Below are positions 34,075-45,594 of a stretch of DNA of 64,000 nt, piece by piece (positions within the stretch are counted from its first letter, which is position 1; the number at the start of each line of letters is the position of its first letter). Position numbers and translations under genes: made by a program. The stretch is from contig MU005966.1 in the NCBI GenBank assembly GCA_010093745.1, positions 255,628 through 319,627 on the forward strand, written 5' to 3'. The notes beneath the pieces were generated by a model. The model searched no databases, was not told where the DNA came from, and worked only from the letters and a program-made list of their open reading frames with translations. This stretch comes from Piedraia hortae CBS 480.64. Its lineage: Eukaryota.

Positions 34075-35232
34075 CTACCGCTCCGGCAGCATGTTCCTCA
34101 CACTGGCCCAATAGCCCGGCTTCACTCTTTGCGCGATTTCCTCCTTTGTCAGCCACTGGAGGTCAGTGGCTCCTAGTTGATTCGCGCTCAGATCGGCCTG
34201 ACCGGCGAGAATGCGTGCCTTCATGAAGAACACCTTTTCTCCATGCTCCTCTCGCTGTCCTTCAGATGCTGGCTGACTGTTGGCAGCAAGCCTGGAAATT
34301 TCGTTCTGCGGGGCTTTCGCAGGGTCAAATGGCCTTGAAGGGTTGAAATGACCAATGTAATGTCCAATAGGGTGGTTTGCAACGATCCAAGTGTTCATAT
34401 TGATGCCGCCCGACTGTACGAGGATACGCTCGGTAGCCTGGAATAGTGTTAGTAACAATTATAAGATGTAGCGACCAAAACTTGCCTGAACCAGGCTCTC
34501 CCGCCCAAGCACTCTGTCTTCGGGAAACCGCCACCTGCTGTCTTCGGTCTTCACCAAAAGATAAAGTGTTCTGTCCAGCTTCCGACTCAGACTGCGTACA
34601 TCGTTCTTGGCGTCTGCCTCGGTGACTCGGGGAAGCGGTCTCTGGACTTCCATTTGATGCAGCGAAGTCTGAACGTTTGCTTGCCCGGCATCTCTCTCTT
34701 TACCCTCGCTCTTGGCTGACTCGGTGTCGAGAATGCTCTTTCCCTCGGCGTCGCGGATAATGGATTTTATAATGTTGCTCGGCTCTGCTGTCTGATCTCC
34801 TACCATGACCTCGTCATGCCATCGCTCCTTTCCATACGCATCATAAACACCGATATCCCGCGCTGGCGTCTTGCGCTCTTTTATTACGCGTTTCCATTCT
34901 GGGTCACTGGGCGTGCCTTTTTTGTAGTAAAAGTAGCGGGAAAAAGGAAGCGCGAGTCGTTCATTCAGTCGTTTTTGGTACAGGAAGAAAGCCTTTTCGA
35001 ATGACGTGAGGTCTCGAGTCAATACGGGCGGTCGGGAAAGAACAGGAGAGGCCACAACTCGGTAGGTTTTGGCGGCTGCAACGGGAGGAAGGTGATCTTG
35101 GGCTTGCGCCGGCTGCTGCGGAGCGGTCGCTGTAGCTGCAGCTGCAAGACTTCGTAACTGGTGCCAGCCAGGAGCACACACCGAGCCGCGACAAACTACT
35201 ATTCGCCTCGTACTATGCTGCCCGGCGTTCAT
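34075..35232 (-). CDS. MRPL17: Mitochondrial large-subunit ribosomal protein mL46; intron 34438-34485 (GC-AG)
   Basis: LSRPPVLTRDLTSFEKAFFLYQKRLNERL, PRVTEADAKNDVRSLSRKLDRTLYLLVK and GEKVFFMKARILAGQ. The two ORFs join in frame through GCAAGT...CTAAC...CAG. Confidence 0.92.
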
Positions 35233-35819
35233 TTGGGACACCGTTGGCATCGTAGTCGGATTTCTTTTCCGCGGAAGTGCCAAGCCGGAACTGTTCCGCA
35301 CAACCGACGTGGGTACTTTCGACCTCACCCCTTCCCTCTTCCCACCAAGACACCGATCCTTATCTCCAGTGAGCCCGTTTCCATGGTATACTGGCCATTA
35401 AAAGGTGTCCAGATGGACTCTTAGCAGGCTTTTTTCGCTAGCTGCACCCTCGATCTACGGGAAGCGGTTAGATAGATTCTGCTGACATGCATCATGGAAA
35501 CCCTTTGGAGAGTCCCATGAATGAAATGGAATACTAGCAATGAGTACGGTATGAAATGCAGTGCGAGCACCAAGGTGTGAAACCGCTCTCTTTTTTGAAC
35601 AATGTCATTGCCAGGCTGTCATATGCGACTATACGCGACTTTTCACCACGCCAACATAAAACCAACGCCCTTTGATGTAAACAATGTATGACCCTACTGG
35701 GAAAGTGTCGCGTTCCGCGTCACTGTTGATTCACTTCCGTCAACAACGGCCTGACTGTTTTGGTTTTCCTCCTTCGCTTTTCTTCCTCAACACTGATCCT
35801 CGCAACGCTGAACTCCAAC

Positions 35820-38249
35820 ATGGATATTGGTAGCGAACGCGCGAGCCCTCCGCCGGGGCAATGCGCTCACCTACTTCCTTCCCATTGCGAGAACAGGAAC
35901 GAAGGGGAGTGCTGTGCATGCGCTGACGACCGTCCATATGCAAGGAGCTACACGGTTCGAGCTGCTAATGGTGTGATGGGAAGTGCGAGTCGTCGCTGGC
36001 AGTGGTACTGTCCCAGCTGCTATTCGTTCTGGGACTGCCGTGTGCAGCGGGCGGGCCTCGATCCTGCCCAGACGCGCATTCCACACGTGCCGAATCAGGA
36101 CGTTTTTCTCGAAAGGTGGTACGAGTTTTACCGGGGCAGGCGATTTGCACAGCGAGGCGACGGATCCGAGGTTCAATTGTTCGTCATGGGTGAAAACGTG
36201 ATGCGTGCCGAGATTGGACAACTGCCCAGGACGTTTGAGCAGATGGCAGAGTCGGCTTACAACGCAGAGGCCGCGACAGCATGGAATAATCTGGCTAACA
36301 GGCTGACGAGAATCAACCAACAGCTCCTCACTAATGACGAACCCGAGCTGGATCTAACCCTTTCCTATGGCTCGAGCTCATCGACTGATCCCTCCAACAC
36401 AAGTGGAGAGTCTCAGGACCAGGACGTCCATATGGCAGACGTCGAGTCCGAAGGCAGTAACAGCGATAGGGCTTCGCAAAGCTCCAGCACTCGAGTTCGC
36501 ATCATCAACCGCTTTGAATTGCTGGCTCGCGATTTGGGTCGTATGCGGGACAACATTGGGCGTAACATGCCAAACCCAGTACGACGCGTTTTCTTAACCG
36601 GTGCCGATTTGCCATATGTCACTCCCCCAGGACGTGATTCAGATAATAGCTCCATGATTGCAGATCCTGGATCGCCAGCCCAAGCCATGCAAGATGCACA
36701 GGGACCGACAGTGGCTGAACAACGTGTGATTATTGAGGGTTTGGGAAGGAGCCTGCCAGATCAGGATGAACGAGATGCGCAGCGGGGAAGGACCAGGCCC
36801 AGCAGATGGGCGCAGCATATTCGAGAGTCGTTTCGGATAGAGCAAGAGCATGCAGAGCGGCTGGATCGGATTGGGCAGCGTCAACAACAGAGTTCCCAGG
36901 GGCAGCGTCGCCATGGGCGTTCTTCGCGCGTGTTCCACAGTGTGAACTTACAGCAGGAGCCGGAACAACTCCAGCGGGTGCAACGCAGGCAGAGGAACGA
37001 AGGGCGCAGCCAGGGTGAGGCTGGTCGAGAACAAGGCGCCCAGGGACAGCATGACACAGTTCGAGTTTCACCGGACGAATTGCGCATACGTGAACTGTAT
37101 GCACGAAACATTGCCGAAAGGTATGCACAGCGCGATCATGAGCAGATGGAGTCGGAGCAACGTATCCAGGAACTCGAAGAGCAAGATGAAGGCCATCGGC
37201 GTGTGCGCGAGCAGCGTGAGCAGGAGCAACGCAATCGCGTGTGGCGCTCAGAGCAACTCCGCGCTGCGGTCGAGCGTATGCATGGAGCGCATCTGCAGCG
37301 TGCACGGCAGAGAGAGCGCAATTCTCCCGAGTTGCCCACGAGCCCATCTCTTGGTTTGGACACTTTGCCCGACGCAGGCCCTGATCTCGGTATGGTTGCT
37401 TCGGCCCAGGCAAGCTTCGACCAGTACGTCCAAGCCAGGGACCAGATCCGCAGTCAGCTTGATAGTGCCGAAGCCAATGTCAGGACCAGCCAGGAGAGGC
37501 TGGGACGTCTGCGAGATATATTCCCCAATGTGACAACTCGACCGACGGCGGACAACGCCGAGCAAGACGGCACTGGCAACGGAAATGGTCGCCCGTCGCT
37601 ACTCGGTGACCTGCCATTTCCGTATGTTTCTCCTCTTGGGCGCATGCCCGGACTGGTGAACGAACCCGCCTTTGGCGGTGGCCCCGACGCCGGCGTCAGG
37701 ACCAGCGGCCGTCGTGTTCGTCCGCAGCAGCAGCGTTCTACGCTACGTCCAACAAACCCCGATCCCCTGCGCCCATTCCAGAGTGTAAGCCTGCCAGACG
37801 TGGAAGCCAGCCTGAACGACGACGACCACGTCGTCGAGTTTATGACCTTTGTCGAGCAAGCAGGCGTTGCCCAGTTGCAGACCAATCTACACGGCAATGC
37901 ACACGCCAATGTACCGATCAATGTACAGGCCAATATACAGCGCGACTTGGCGGATATCTTAGGCCGACGCGGGAGTCATATCGACCCCCGTGGCCTCGAT
38001 GCACCGAACACCGGTCGTCCTGAAGAGAGACCCGAGAGCGAGCTGACAATCAACATGGAGTGTAACATTTGCATGGCCCAGCTCGCCGAAGTAGCAAGCA
38101 TGCCCTGTGGCCATTTGTCCATGTGCAGATGGTGCAGCCAGCAGCACAGCCCCGGCAAACCCGATGATCTTCTCAAGCCCCAAGTCACCGCGCGTTGTCC
38201 CATCTGTCGCAAGAGGATTAGGCGCAAGGTAATGATTTACCGCGGTTAA
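35820..38249 (+). CDS. C-terminal C3HC4 RING-finger protein (putative E3 ligase) with a Cys-rich N-terminal domain
   Basis: C-terminal CNICMAQLAEVASMPCGHLSMCRWC...CPICRKRI. N-terminal C-x-H...CCAC...RWQWYCPSC. Confidence 0.85.
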   Translation: MDIGSERASPPPGQCAHLLPSHCENRNEGECCACADDRPYARSYTVRAANGVMGSASRRWQWYCPSCYSFWDCRVQRAGLDPAQTRIPHVPNQDVFLERWYEFYRGRRFAQRGDGSEVQLFVMGENVMRAEIGQLPRTFEQMAESAYNAEAATAWNNLANRLTRINQQLLTNDEPELDLTLSYGSSSSTDPSNTSGESQDQDVHMADVESEGSNSDRASQSSSTRVRIINRFELLARDLGRMRDNIGRNMPNPVRRVFLTGADLPYVTPPGRDSDNSSMIADPGSPAQAMQDAQGPTVAEQRVIIEGLGRSLPDQDERDAQRGRTRPSRWAQHIRESFRIEQEHAERLDRIGQRQQQSSQGQRRHGRSSRVFHSVNLQQEPEQLQRVQRRQRNEGRSQGEAGREQGAQGQHDTVRVSPDELRIRELYARNIAERYAQRDHEQMESEQRIQELEEQDEGHRRVREQREQEQRNRVWRSEQLRAAVERMHGAHLQRARQRERNSPELPTSPSLGLDTLPDAGPDLGMVASAQASFDQYVQARDQIRSQLDSAEANVRTSQERLGRLRDIFPNVTTRPTADNAEQDGTGNGNGRPSLLGDLPFPYVSPLGRMPGLVNEPAFGGGPDAGVRTSGRRVRPQQQRSTLRPTNPDPLRPFQSVSLPDVEASLNDDDHVVEFMTFVEQAGVAQLQTNLHGNAHANVPINVQANIQRDLADILGRRGSHIDPRGLDAPNTGRPEERPESELTINMECNICMAQLAEVASMPCGHLSMCRWCSQQHSPGKPDDLLKPQVTARCPICRKRIRRKVMIYRG

Positions 38250-38503
38250 GCCTAGAAATGCAAGTGGGTGTCGAACCAGTACTACGTAGCGGCAGTGCGG
38301 TTTAGGTAGTTTACCCAACGCCCTTCAAAAGCAGTTGTCCATGTGAGATGTAAGAGGCGCTCTTACGTGGTCATCCGAATCGTCATAACACTGTGCTCCT
38401 AGTTCCCTGAACTCGTCCAAGGGGTGGCATGTGAGATCAGAAAAACCTCCCATTATTCATCTCCTCAACGAACCTTCATGCTCATCTAGGGCTAGTTCCT
38501 TAG

Positions 38504-38528
38504 TTTTTTTTTTTTTTTTTTTTTTTTT
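38504..38528. repeat. Poly(T) tract, 25 nt
   Basis: Read directly from the sequence. Confidence 0.9.
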
Positions 38529-38687
38529 CTCCTCTTCCCAAACGGAGCCAGATGTCGTTGGACGGCCCACTCGAATCATCGAACAAGAAGTTCCACGTGG
38601 GAACTTTAACGAACATAGTCTAACTTCGAAGTACGCAGGAAATATGCAGTCAAATCAAGATGTAGCAAACTGGACTCCTCTCCATAG

Positions 38688-39041
38688 TGTTGGATTCAAG
38701 CATCACCGCTAGCACGTATGCGGGGCACTTGCATAGCAAGTCAGCGATACACTACCAGCTGCACCCTAGGGTTTTTCCTTCACAGAGGTTTTCCCTCAGG
38801 GTCATGTCATATGTGACATGGTGAATGAGCCCTACTAGTGTACGACGTGACGTCACTGGCCCACCGGTGCAGAATATCTATTCTGACGTCCCTTGATAGT
38901 GATAGATAGTCATTCACACTGTCATACCGACACTGGTATTGACTCATATCCATCTACATCTATCCTGTCCCTGTTTCCGTCTATCGCTTCGTCCTCTTTG
39001 GGCCGCTGCGCACTCTCACCCACGGGAGCTCAACCTCTACA
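38688..39041 (+). mobile_element. Solo LTR, copy 3 (354 bp), with intact 5-bp TSD CATAG
   Basis: CATAG|TGTTGGATTC...CTCTACA|CATAG (TSD at 38683-38687 and 39042-39046). Similar to copies 1 and 2. Confidence 0.93.
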
Positions 39042-39748
39042 CATAGTAGACTGTCAACGTCCTGACTTGGCCTCTACGCTTCAGTAGATACTTGGACACA
39101 ATTCTGTCGTCAGATCGGGATCCTATTTTCAGATTCGACTATAGAGAAATCAGGTATAACAGAGTTCCCCTTTCCTTCTTTCCGGACAATGGACTGTGTA
39201 GATTATCTCATGAGAGGGCTCGGGTTCTTTGAACAGATTGATTCCATTATAGGTATATCTGGTCTCTTCAACGAAGGAACATTCCCCTTGTGAGAGGTCA
39301 TTCCTCCGTATTCTACTTTTCCGTCATCCGATCAGACCCAAACTCCCCCAATCCTCCCAACCAAACCGAGCACCCACCCATCAAAACCCCATTATCCAGC
39401 ATATCAAACCCCCAGCCCAACCCTCATTTCTCCTCCCTCAAAACCTCAATCATATTCCTCACAGGTAGACTAGGCAGTCCGCCCAGATTACATTGTCGAG
39501 GTGTATCTCAATCTGGAAGGTCGGCTGCGCTCCTGCCGCTTTGGGGTTAGTGTCAGACAGGCTATGTTGATGCCTAAGGCAGAACGCGTCATACCTCAGG
39601 CAGCATGATACGGTGTTGCTGCTGCCTAGCGTTAGGCAACAATTCGACAGACCAAATCGGGCAAACACCACACCGTGTCTCTATCGCGTCGGAATATGTT
39701 GTAGGCTGCTCGCGCATAAATACCACTGCCATATTGCATCGCATGGCC

Positions 39749-40274
39749 ATGTCAGACTGGACCGCCGAGGAGTTGGAGCTGGCGAGGTGAGTAGCGTACG
39801 GAAACCCGCGGACGGCGCTGACGACGCAGCTCTCTACCGCAAGACGAGCTCCCCGCAAAACTGTGCTGCGGTAATTGCAATCGCCTCGCCCTAGACGCCG
39901 TCAAATTGCCGTGCTGCGATACCAGCCTTTGTCTGGCCTGCTCCAAGGACCTTTCCGAAACGTGTCCCGTGTGCAGCCACTCGCCCGTCGATGTCAACGA
40001 TCTGATCCCTAACAAGAATGTTCGCCAGACGGTCAAGGTTTGGCTAAAGAGTGCGCTGAAGAAGAGAGCGCAGGAACAAGCGGCAGACGCCGCCGATGCT
40101 GAGAAGGAAGCAGAGCTGGTGGTTGACTCGATTGAGAAGCCAGAAGAGACGGAGTCGGAGCCGACCGCCCCTCCGCGGTCCCCGTCGCCGGACAAGGAGC
40201 AGAGTGAAGCGGAAAATGGCGGACAGGCCGAAGCGAATGAAGAGGAGGGAGGCGGTGAAGAGGAAGAAGAGAAT

Positions 40275-40306
<32 letters not shown>

Positions 40307-42253
40307 CGTTGTTATTACCACGGAACGTCCAGAGTCCGTCCAGGAGTATGACGCGACGTACCAACAGTCGGCCGAGCAGATGCAGCCGGACATGTCCCAG
40401 AACGGCTTTGGCTACGGGCAGCAGATGGGCATAGGATTCCCGATGAATGGCTTCAATGCGATGATGGGCATGGGCATGGGCGGCTTCGGCGGGATGCCAA
40501 TGATGGGTAAGTTGGCCGTCTCTTGCAAGATGACATACTGATCCCTACAGGAATGCCCGGAATGGACCCAGCGGCCATGATGAACATGATGGGCGGGATG
40601 AACATGGAGCTGATGGGGCAGATGATGGGCGGCATGCCGATGATGGGAGGATTCGGCGGCATGGGACCAAACATGGGAATGGGATTCAACGCGCCTAATG
40701 GTTTTAACCCCAACTATGGCAATCCAAACTTTGGCCCCAACTTTTCTCGTGGTTACGGACGCGGTCGTGGCTTCCGCGGCCGAGGCGGATTCGGTTTCCG
40801 TGGACGCGGAGGGTATCCCTATGGGCAGAACCGCCAGCCCTACACTAACCTGGCGCAGCAGCTAGCCCAAGAGAATGAAGGCGAGCGAGTGACGAGTGAG
40901 GCAAAAGCGGTTGATGGCGAGGCTGAGGCCGTCCATGAAGAGAGAGCAGTCACGGGAGAAGCTCAAGGAGAGATTCAAGGAGAAGCTCAAGGTCAGGACG
41001 TCCAAAAGACTGTAAATGGCAATGATGAAACCCGTATTGAAGCCAAAACCCGTCAGTCGGTGAACGCCAGTGGCTCCGTTGTCGTAGTTGGGGGCGATGA
41101 TGTTGATATTGGATATCACGACCAATCCTACCAGCATGACCAAGGCTACCTTAGTCGGGGCTATCGTGGTCGAGGCGGTTTCCGAGGCGGTCGAGGAGGT
41201 CATTTCACCCCCGGAGGCATCACCGAGGCTACCGAGCTGGGTCCAGCTCCGACCCCTCCGGCTAATGCGCCTAGCGGTCCGAGGGCCATGCGAGAAGGGA
41301 AGCCCAACAGCGGCATCTACTCTAGGCCTCAGGCAGCGTATGCCACGTCTGAAAGGCGTGATAAGTCCCGTTCCCCAGAGGGATATAGAGGCAGATCGAC
41401 TGCTGGACACTATCGGAGGAGGGAATCTGCTGCAGACCACCGTGGAAGGGAAGCCGCTGCAGACTACCGTGGAAGGGACGCCTCTCCCGACTATAGAGAC
41501 AGGTCTGCCGACTATCGAGAGAGACCAAGAGACGACAGGGATTGGGGCTACAAGGCCAGTGGCTACGAGTCTGATGAGACTTATTACCGCCGCAAAGACG
41601 AGGAAAGACGTCGACGCAGACACAGAGAAGACGACGAGAGACGGCAGCGTTCTCGTGACCGGTCTTCAGGCTCTAGTCGTCGTCACCGTCATCGTGAGGA
41701 TAACGGGCCATCACATCACCATCGTGAACGTAGCAAAGACCGCGGCAGACGCAGCAGACGCCACCGTCGGTCCCGATCTCGTTCTCTCGAAAAGGAAAGG
41801 GAAGTTTCTCTCGATGTCATTGACACTCGCCGTAAAAAGGTTTCCCGTCACGAAGAAGACCGCAAACGCGGCCGTCGCGAGGATGAATCCGACAAATCCC
41901 GCCGACGCTGGTCCCGGGACCGAGCCGGAACTAAACCCTCAGGCCCGATCAAAGACGACGAACTAGGCTTCAAAATCAAAGGCCTTCGATCCTCCCTCAA
42001 CGGCAAAGCACCGCCCAGCCGCGGCGAAGACCGCGATCGTAAAAGCCCCGACGAACTGGACGCCTACGCAAAAGAACGCAAAGAGATGATGAACGCACGA
42101 ATCGCCAAAGAGCAGGAGCGACAGCGTCGCGCATCGCAACCAACCTCAAGCCTAAGCAAGAGAGCTTCCGACCAAGACCCTCGCCCACCAAGGGGAAGCG
42201 AGAAGCGCAGACGAAAGGTCAATGTCCGCTACGAGGATGAACTAGTTAGGTAG
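39749..42253 (+). CDS. N-terminal RING-finger protein with Met/Gly-rich, RGG and RS/RD-rich regions (RBBP6-like RING; probable RNA-processing factor); introns 39787-39829 and 40507-40550
   Basis: Spliced N-terminus SLPQDELPAKLCCGNCNRLALDAVKLPCCDTSLCLAC...CPVC, plus APSGPRAMREG, RSRSRS and C-terminal YEDE. Both introns are GT-AG with CTGAC/CTGAT branch points and restore the frame. Confidence 0.8.
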
Positions 42254-42299
42254 ACGTAATCCTAGGTAGCACGGGGTATCATTCACGAAACAAGCAGCC

Positions 42300-42903
42300 T
42301 TACGAAACAAACAGTGTCGCCTCCTCTCTCAAATACTCCCCCGCATCCGCCTGTCTAAACGCCACAATCCCCGTCGGGTCCAGCTTCCTCGCCTCAACCG
42401 TCGACCTCGCCGTGACTCCAAACCCCTGTAATCATCATCGGTCAGCGAAACTTTCACTCCTCTGCTAACCCACTCACCAAAGGCCTGTCATCCATACTAA
42501 ACACCACCACGCCCGCATGCTCGGGTAAATCCGCACTCCACCGTCCCACATGCGCTTTTAGCACATGTCCCCCATAAAGAAACGGCATTTCCCCATTCTT
42601 CTTCACCCAGATCTTATACCTCGCATGGGGGGCAATGACATCCAGTGCCGTTATATGCAATCTAAACTTCCCCGTTTTTGTAAACTTCCCTATTGCAGTC
42701 CCGACCGAGAGGAGGGATTTGCGGCTCACGCTCGTGGCGAGCTTGGAGAGGGTTGTGGTTGTGTAGTACACCCTGTCACCCTGTAAGAGGAAGGTCATGG
42801 GTTCGGAGTTTGTGGGGGTTAGTAGGGTGGGGAGGGAGGGGCCGGTGTAGGTTGCGAGTTTGGTGAAGAGGGTTTTTGTCTCGGGTTCGGTTAGGGGGCG
42901 CAT
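42300..42903 (-). CDS. NIP7: 60S ribosome biogenesis factor Nip7; intron 42426-42477
   Basis: [55 protein letters not shown] and spliced [11 protein letters not shown]...[11 protein letters not shown]. Confidence 0.95.
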
Positions 42904-43043
42904 GGCTGAGGATGTGGTGGTGGGAGGGTGGTTTGGACTTTTGTGTGGGTGCGTGTACGGACGGGTCGGGCCGCCCACCCACCCTCCTACCCAGGAGGTT
43001 CGTGGGAAATTTTTTTTATTTTTTATTTGAGAGAGGGTTTCCA

Positions 43044-44834
43044 ATGGCGAAAAGAAAGGCGGAGTCACTACCTGGGTTTGCGAATTGGGATTTAGAGGAA
43101 AAGTATGAGAGCAAGAGACGGAGGGGGGAGAAGAAGGAGAGTAGGCGGCTGAAGGTGCAGACCGAAGGGGGGTGGAAGGATGATGAGACGAGAGTTGAGA
43201 GTGAGGAGGGGGAGGACAAAGAGGAGGAAGAGGTACAGGCAGAAGAGGAGGGGGGGGAGGGGGAGGAGAGTAGGGAGGCTCCGCAAGAAGCCATAAAGCA
43301 ACGCCTCCCGCCAAAAGAGGAGATTGTACAGGCAAAAGAGCAACTCGCGCGTCTTGCTGGCCGGATCTCTGAGGATCCCGAAGAGAATATTGCCCAGCTG
43401 GGGCAGATGATGGGAATGCTCGACTCGACGGACAATGTCTCTGTTCAAAAACTTGTCCTAGCCTCGCTGCTGGCTGTGTTCAGGGATATCATCCCCGGGT
43501 ACAGAATCCGACCGGTGCGCAAGGATGAACTCGCGGGGAAGGTTAGCAAGGAGGTTAGACGGCTTAAAGGGTTCGAACAGGCTCTTTTAAATGGATACAA
43601 GGGGTATGTCTCCGCTTTGGATAAAGCTGCCCGTGTTGCAGAGACGAAGAGTGTGGCTGTTGGATGTGCCGCCGGTTTACTTAAATCCGTGCCGCATTTC
43701 AATTGCAGGAACGATGTCATAGCCCTCTTAGCAAAACAGCTGAGCGGAAGGAGTCTGACACCGCAGGGTGAGAAGAGTGCCGAAGCATTCGAGTGGCTCT
43801 TTCGAGAAGACATCGAAGGCCACGCCAGTTTGGAAGCCGTAGCCCAACTCACGAAAATGATGAAGACAAAGAAATTCCACATCCACGAAGCAGCTCTAAA
43901 CACCTTCCTCCACCTCCGTCTCCTCTCCGAATTCGCCCACAACGCATCCCCCTCCGGACCCCAAAAACCCAAAAAGAAACCCCGCGAACACCTCACCAAA
44001 CGCGAACGCAAACTCCTCAAAGAGCGGAAACAAGTCGAAAAAGACTTCGCAGAAGCGGACGCGGTGGTCTCCCACGAAGAAATCTCCAAAAACCAATCTC
44101 AAATCCTCAAACTCATCTTCGTCACCTACTTCACAATCCTCAAATCCAAAACCCCCCATCTTATGGGTACAGTCCTCGAAGGCCTCGCAAAATTCAGCCA
44201 CCTAATCAACCAGGACTTCTTCGCGGATGTCCTCGAAACTTTGCGCGAACTCCTCGACACAACCCCCTCTACGCGCGAAATGCTCCTGTGCATCACAACG
44301 GCATTCGCCCTCCTACAAGGACAGAAAGACACGCACCTCGACCTTGACACTTTCATTACAAAACTCTACTCCCTCCTCCCTACAATTTCAATGGATCCAA
44401 AACTCGAAGAATCACCCCTCCCGCCCGGGAAAGCGACGGCAAAGGTGAATTTTTCAACGACTTCCGCCCTCCTGATGCGGTGTCTTGCAGCTGTCCTCCT
44501 CCCCGAAGGGAACTTTCGTGCTGTCCCGCCCGTTAGGCTTGCGGCGTTTACGAAACAACTTCTAACATTGTCTCTCCATCTACCTGCTCGTTCAGCACAG
44601 GCGGTTATGGTTTTGTTGGGGCGTGTGACGAGGGTTCATGGCAAGACGCTTGCGCCACTGTGGTGTACGGAGGAGAGGAGGGGGGATGGGGTTTTTGATC
44701 CGAGGACGGGGAAAATTGAGGCGGCGAATGCGTTTGCGTCGACGGCATGGGAGGGGGAGGTGCTTAGAGGGCATTGGGATCACAGGGTTAGAGAGGGGTT
44801 GAGGGAGGTGGAGGGGAGGTTTGGGGGGGCGTAA
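43044..44834 (+). CDS. NOC3: Nucleolar complex protein 3 (CBF/Mak21 family)
   Basis: EDPEENI, AVFRDIIPGYRIRP, PHFNCR, LNTFLHLRLL, LEGLAKFSHLINQDFF and RLAAFTKQL. Confidence 0.93.
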   Translation: MAKRKAESLPGFANWDLEEKYESKRRRGEKKESRRLKVQTEGGWKDDETRVESEEGEDKEEEEVQAEEEGGEGEESREAPQEAIKQRLPPKEEIVQAKEQLARLAGRISEDPEENIAQLGQMMGMLDSTDNVSVQKLVLASLLAVFRDIIPGYRIRPVRKDELAGKVSKEVRRLKGFEQALLNGYKGYVSALDKAARVAETKSVAVGCAAGLLKSVPHFNCRNDVIALLAKQLSGRSLTPQGEKSAEAFEWLFREDIEGHASLEAVAQLTKMMKTKKFHIHEAALNTFLHLRLLSEFAHNASPSGPQKPKKKPREHLTKRERKLLKERKQVEKDFAEADAVVSHEEISKNQSQILKLIFVTYFTILKSKTPHLMGTVLEGLAKFSHLINQDFFADVLETLRELLDTTPSTREMLLCITTAFALLQGQKDTHLDLDTFITKLYSLLPTISMDPKLEESPLPPGKATAKVNFSTTSALLMRCLAAVLLPEGNFRAVPPVRLAAFTKQLLTLSLHLPARSAQAVMVLLGRVTRVHGKTLAPLWCTEERRGDGVFDPRTGKIEAANAFASTAWEGEVLRGHWDHRVREGLREVEGRFGGA

Positions 44835-45594
44835 GTAGATATAACTGGACGAAGGGGAGTAGATGGTTGGATGATTGTGGTTGGGTGGGTGGTGTATCAT
44901 ACGACCAGCATGGAGAAAGTATACCCGCCTGCTGGGACCTGACGAACAGTGTACGTTGGACCACATCCCCTTTCCTTGGGTCATCCCATAGCGAACTATG
45001 TAGGTGGACGGAGATCCCTCGAAGAGCGTCAAGGGAGTAATCATCCTAATGCGTTGAGACTGATGGAGAAGAATCAGGTGTCTATCCCTATTAGCATCTT
45101 GCTGTTCGATGGGAAGGAGAGTGGAACCATTGTAGCTTCCTGCAGTCCCTTTATCATTCTGAGAGGGATCTCGATTTAGCTGATCGAATCTCAAAGAGGT
45201 ATCGATTCGTCGAGGAGGATAGGAGGGATAACCACATCATATTATCCCATCGAATGGTCTCGTTTGAATCACCCCGTTGAACCCTCCCATCAAATCGCCT
45301 CGTCAACCGTGCGTTGGACTCGAAGTCTGAATGTACCACAACCATCATGGCTGTGTTTGAGCTGTTCAATCGGATCTTGAGATGTCTCCTCGCCAACGAG
45401 CCTTCCTGCTCCCCTCCCGCGGGCAGACAAGAATATATCTTTCGACGAGGGTAACACAATTACCTAAGAAATATGCACAATTCCTGCCGCTCGGGGATGT
45501 TAAACCTCATACAGCCCCAATTCATTCGGATGTCCAACCGTAACTTTCCATGCAAAAGCCATGCTACCCAACCTTGGGCATCCACACACAATGG

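Noticed and set aside
41400..41520. 27-bp tandem repeats (GREAAADYR-like), plus (GAC)n near 40275 and DDKADSG x2 in UBP12
   Set aside because: Ordinary coding low-complexity repeats in disordered regions.
44896..44940. 5S rRNA-like start (CATACGACCA)
   Set aside because: Similarity stops after about 10 nt and no internal 5S boxes are recognisable.
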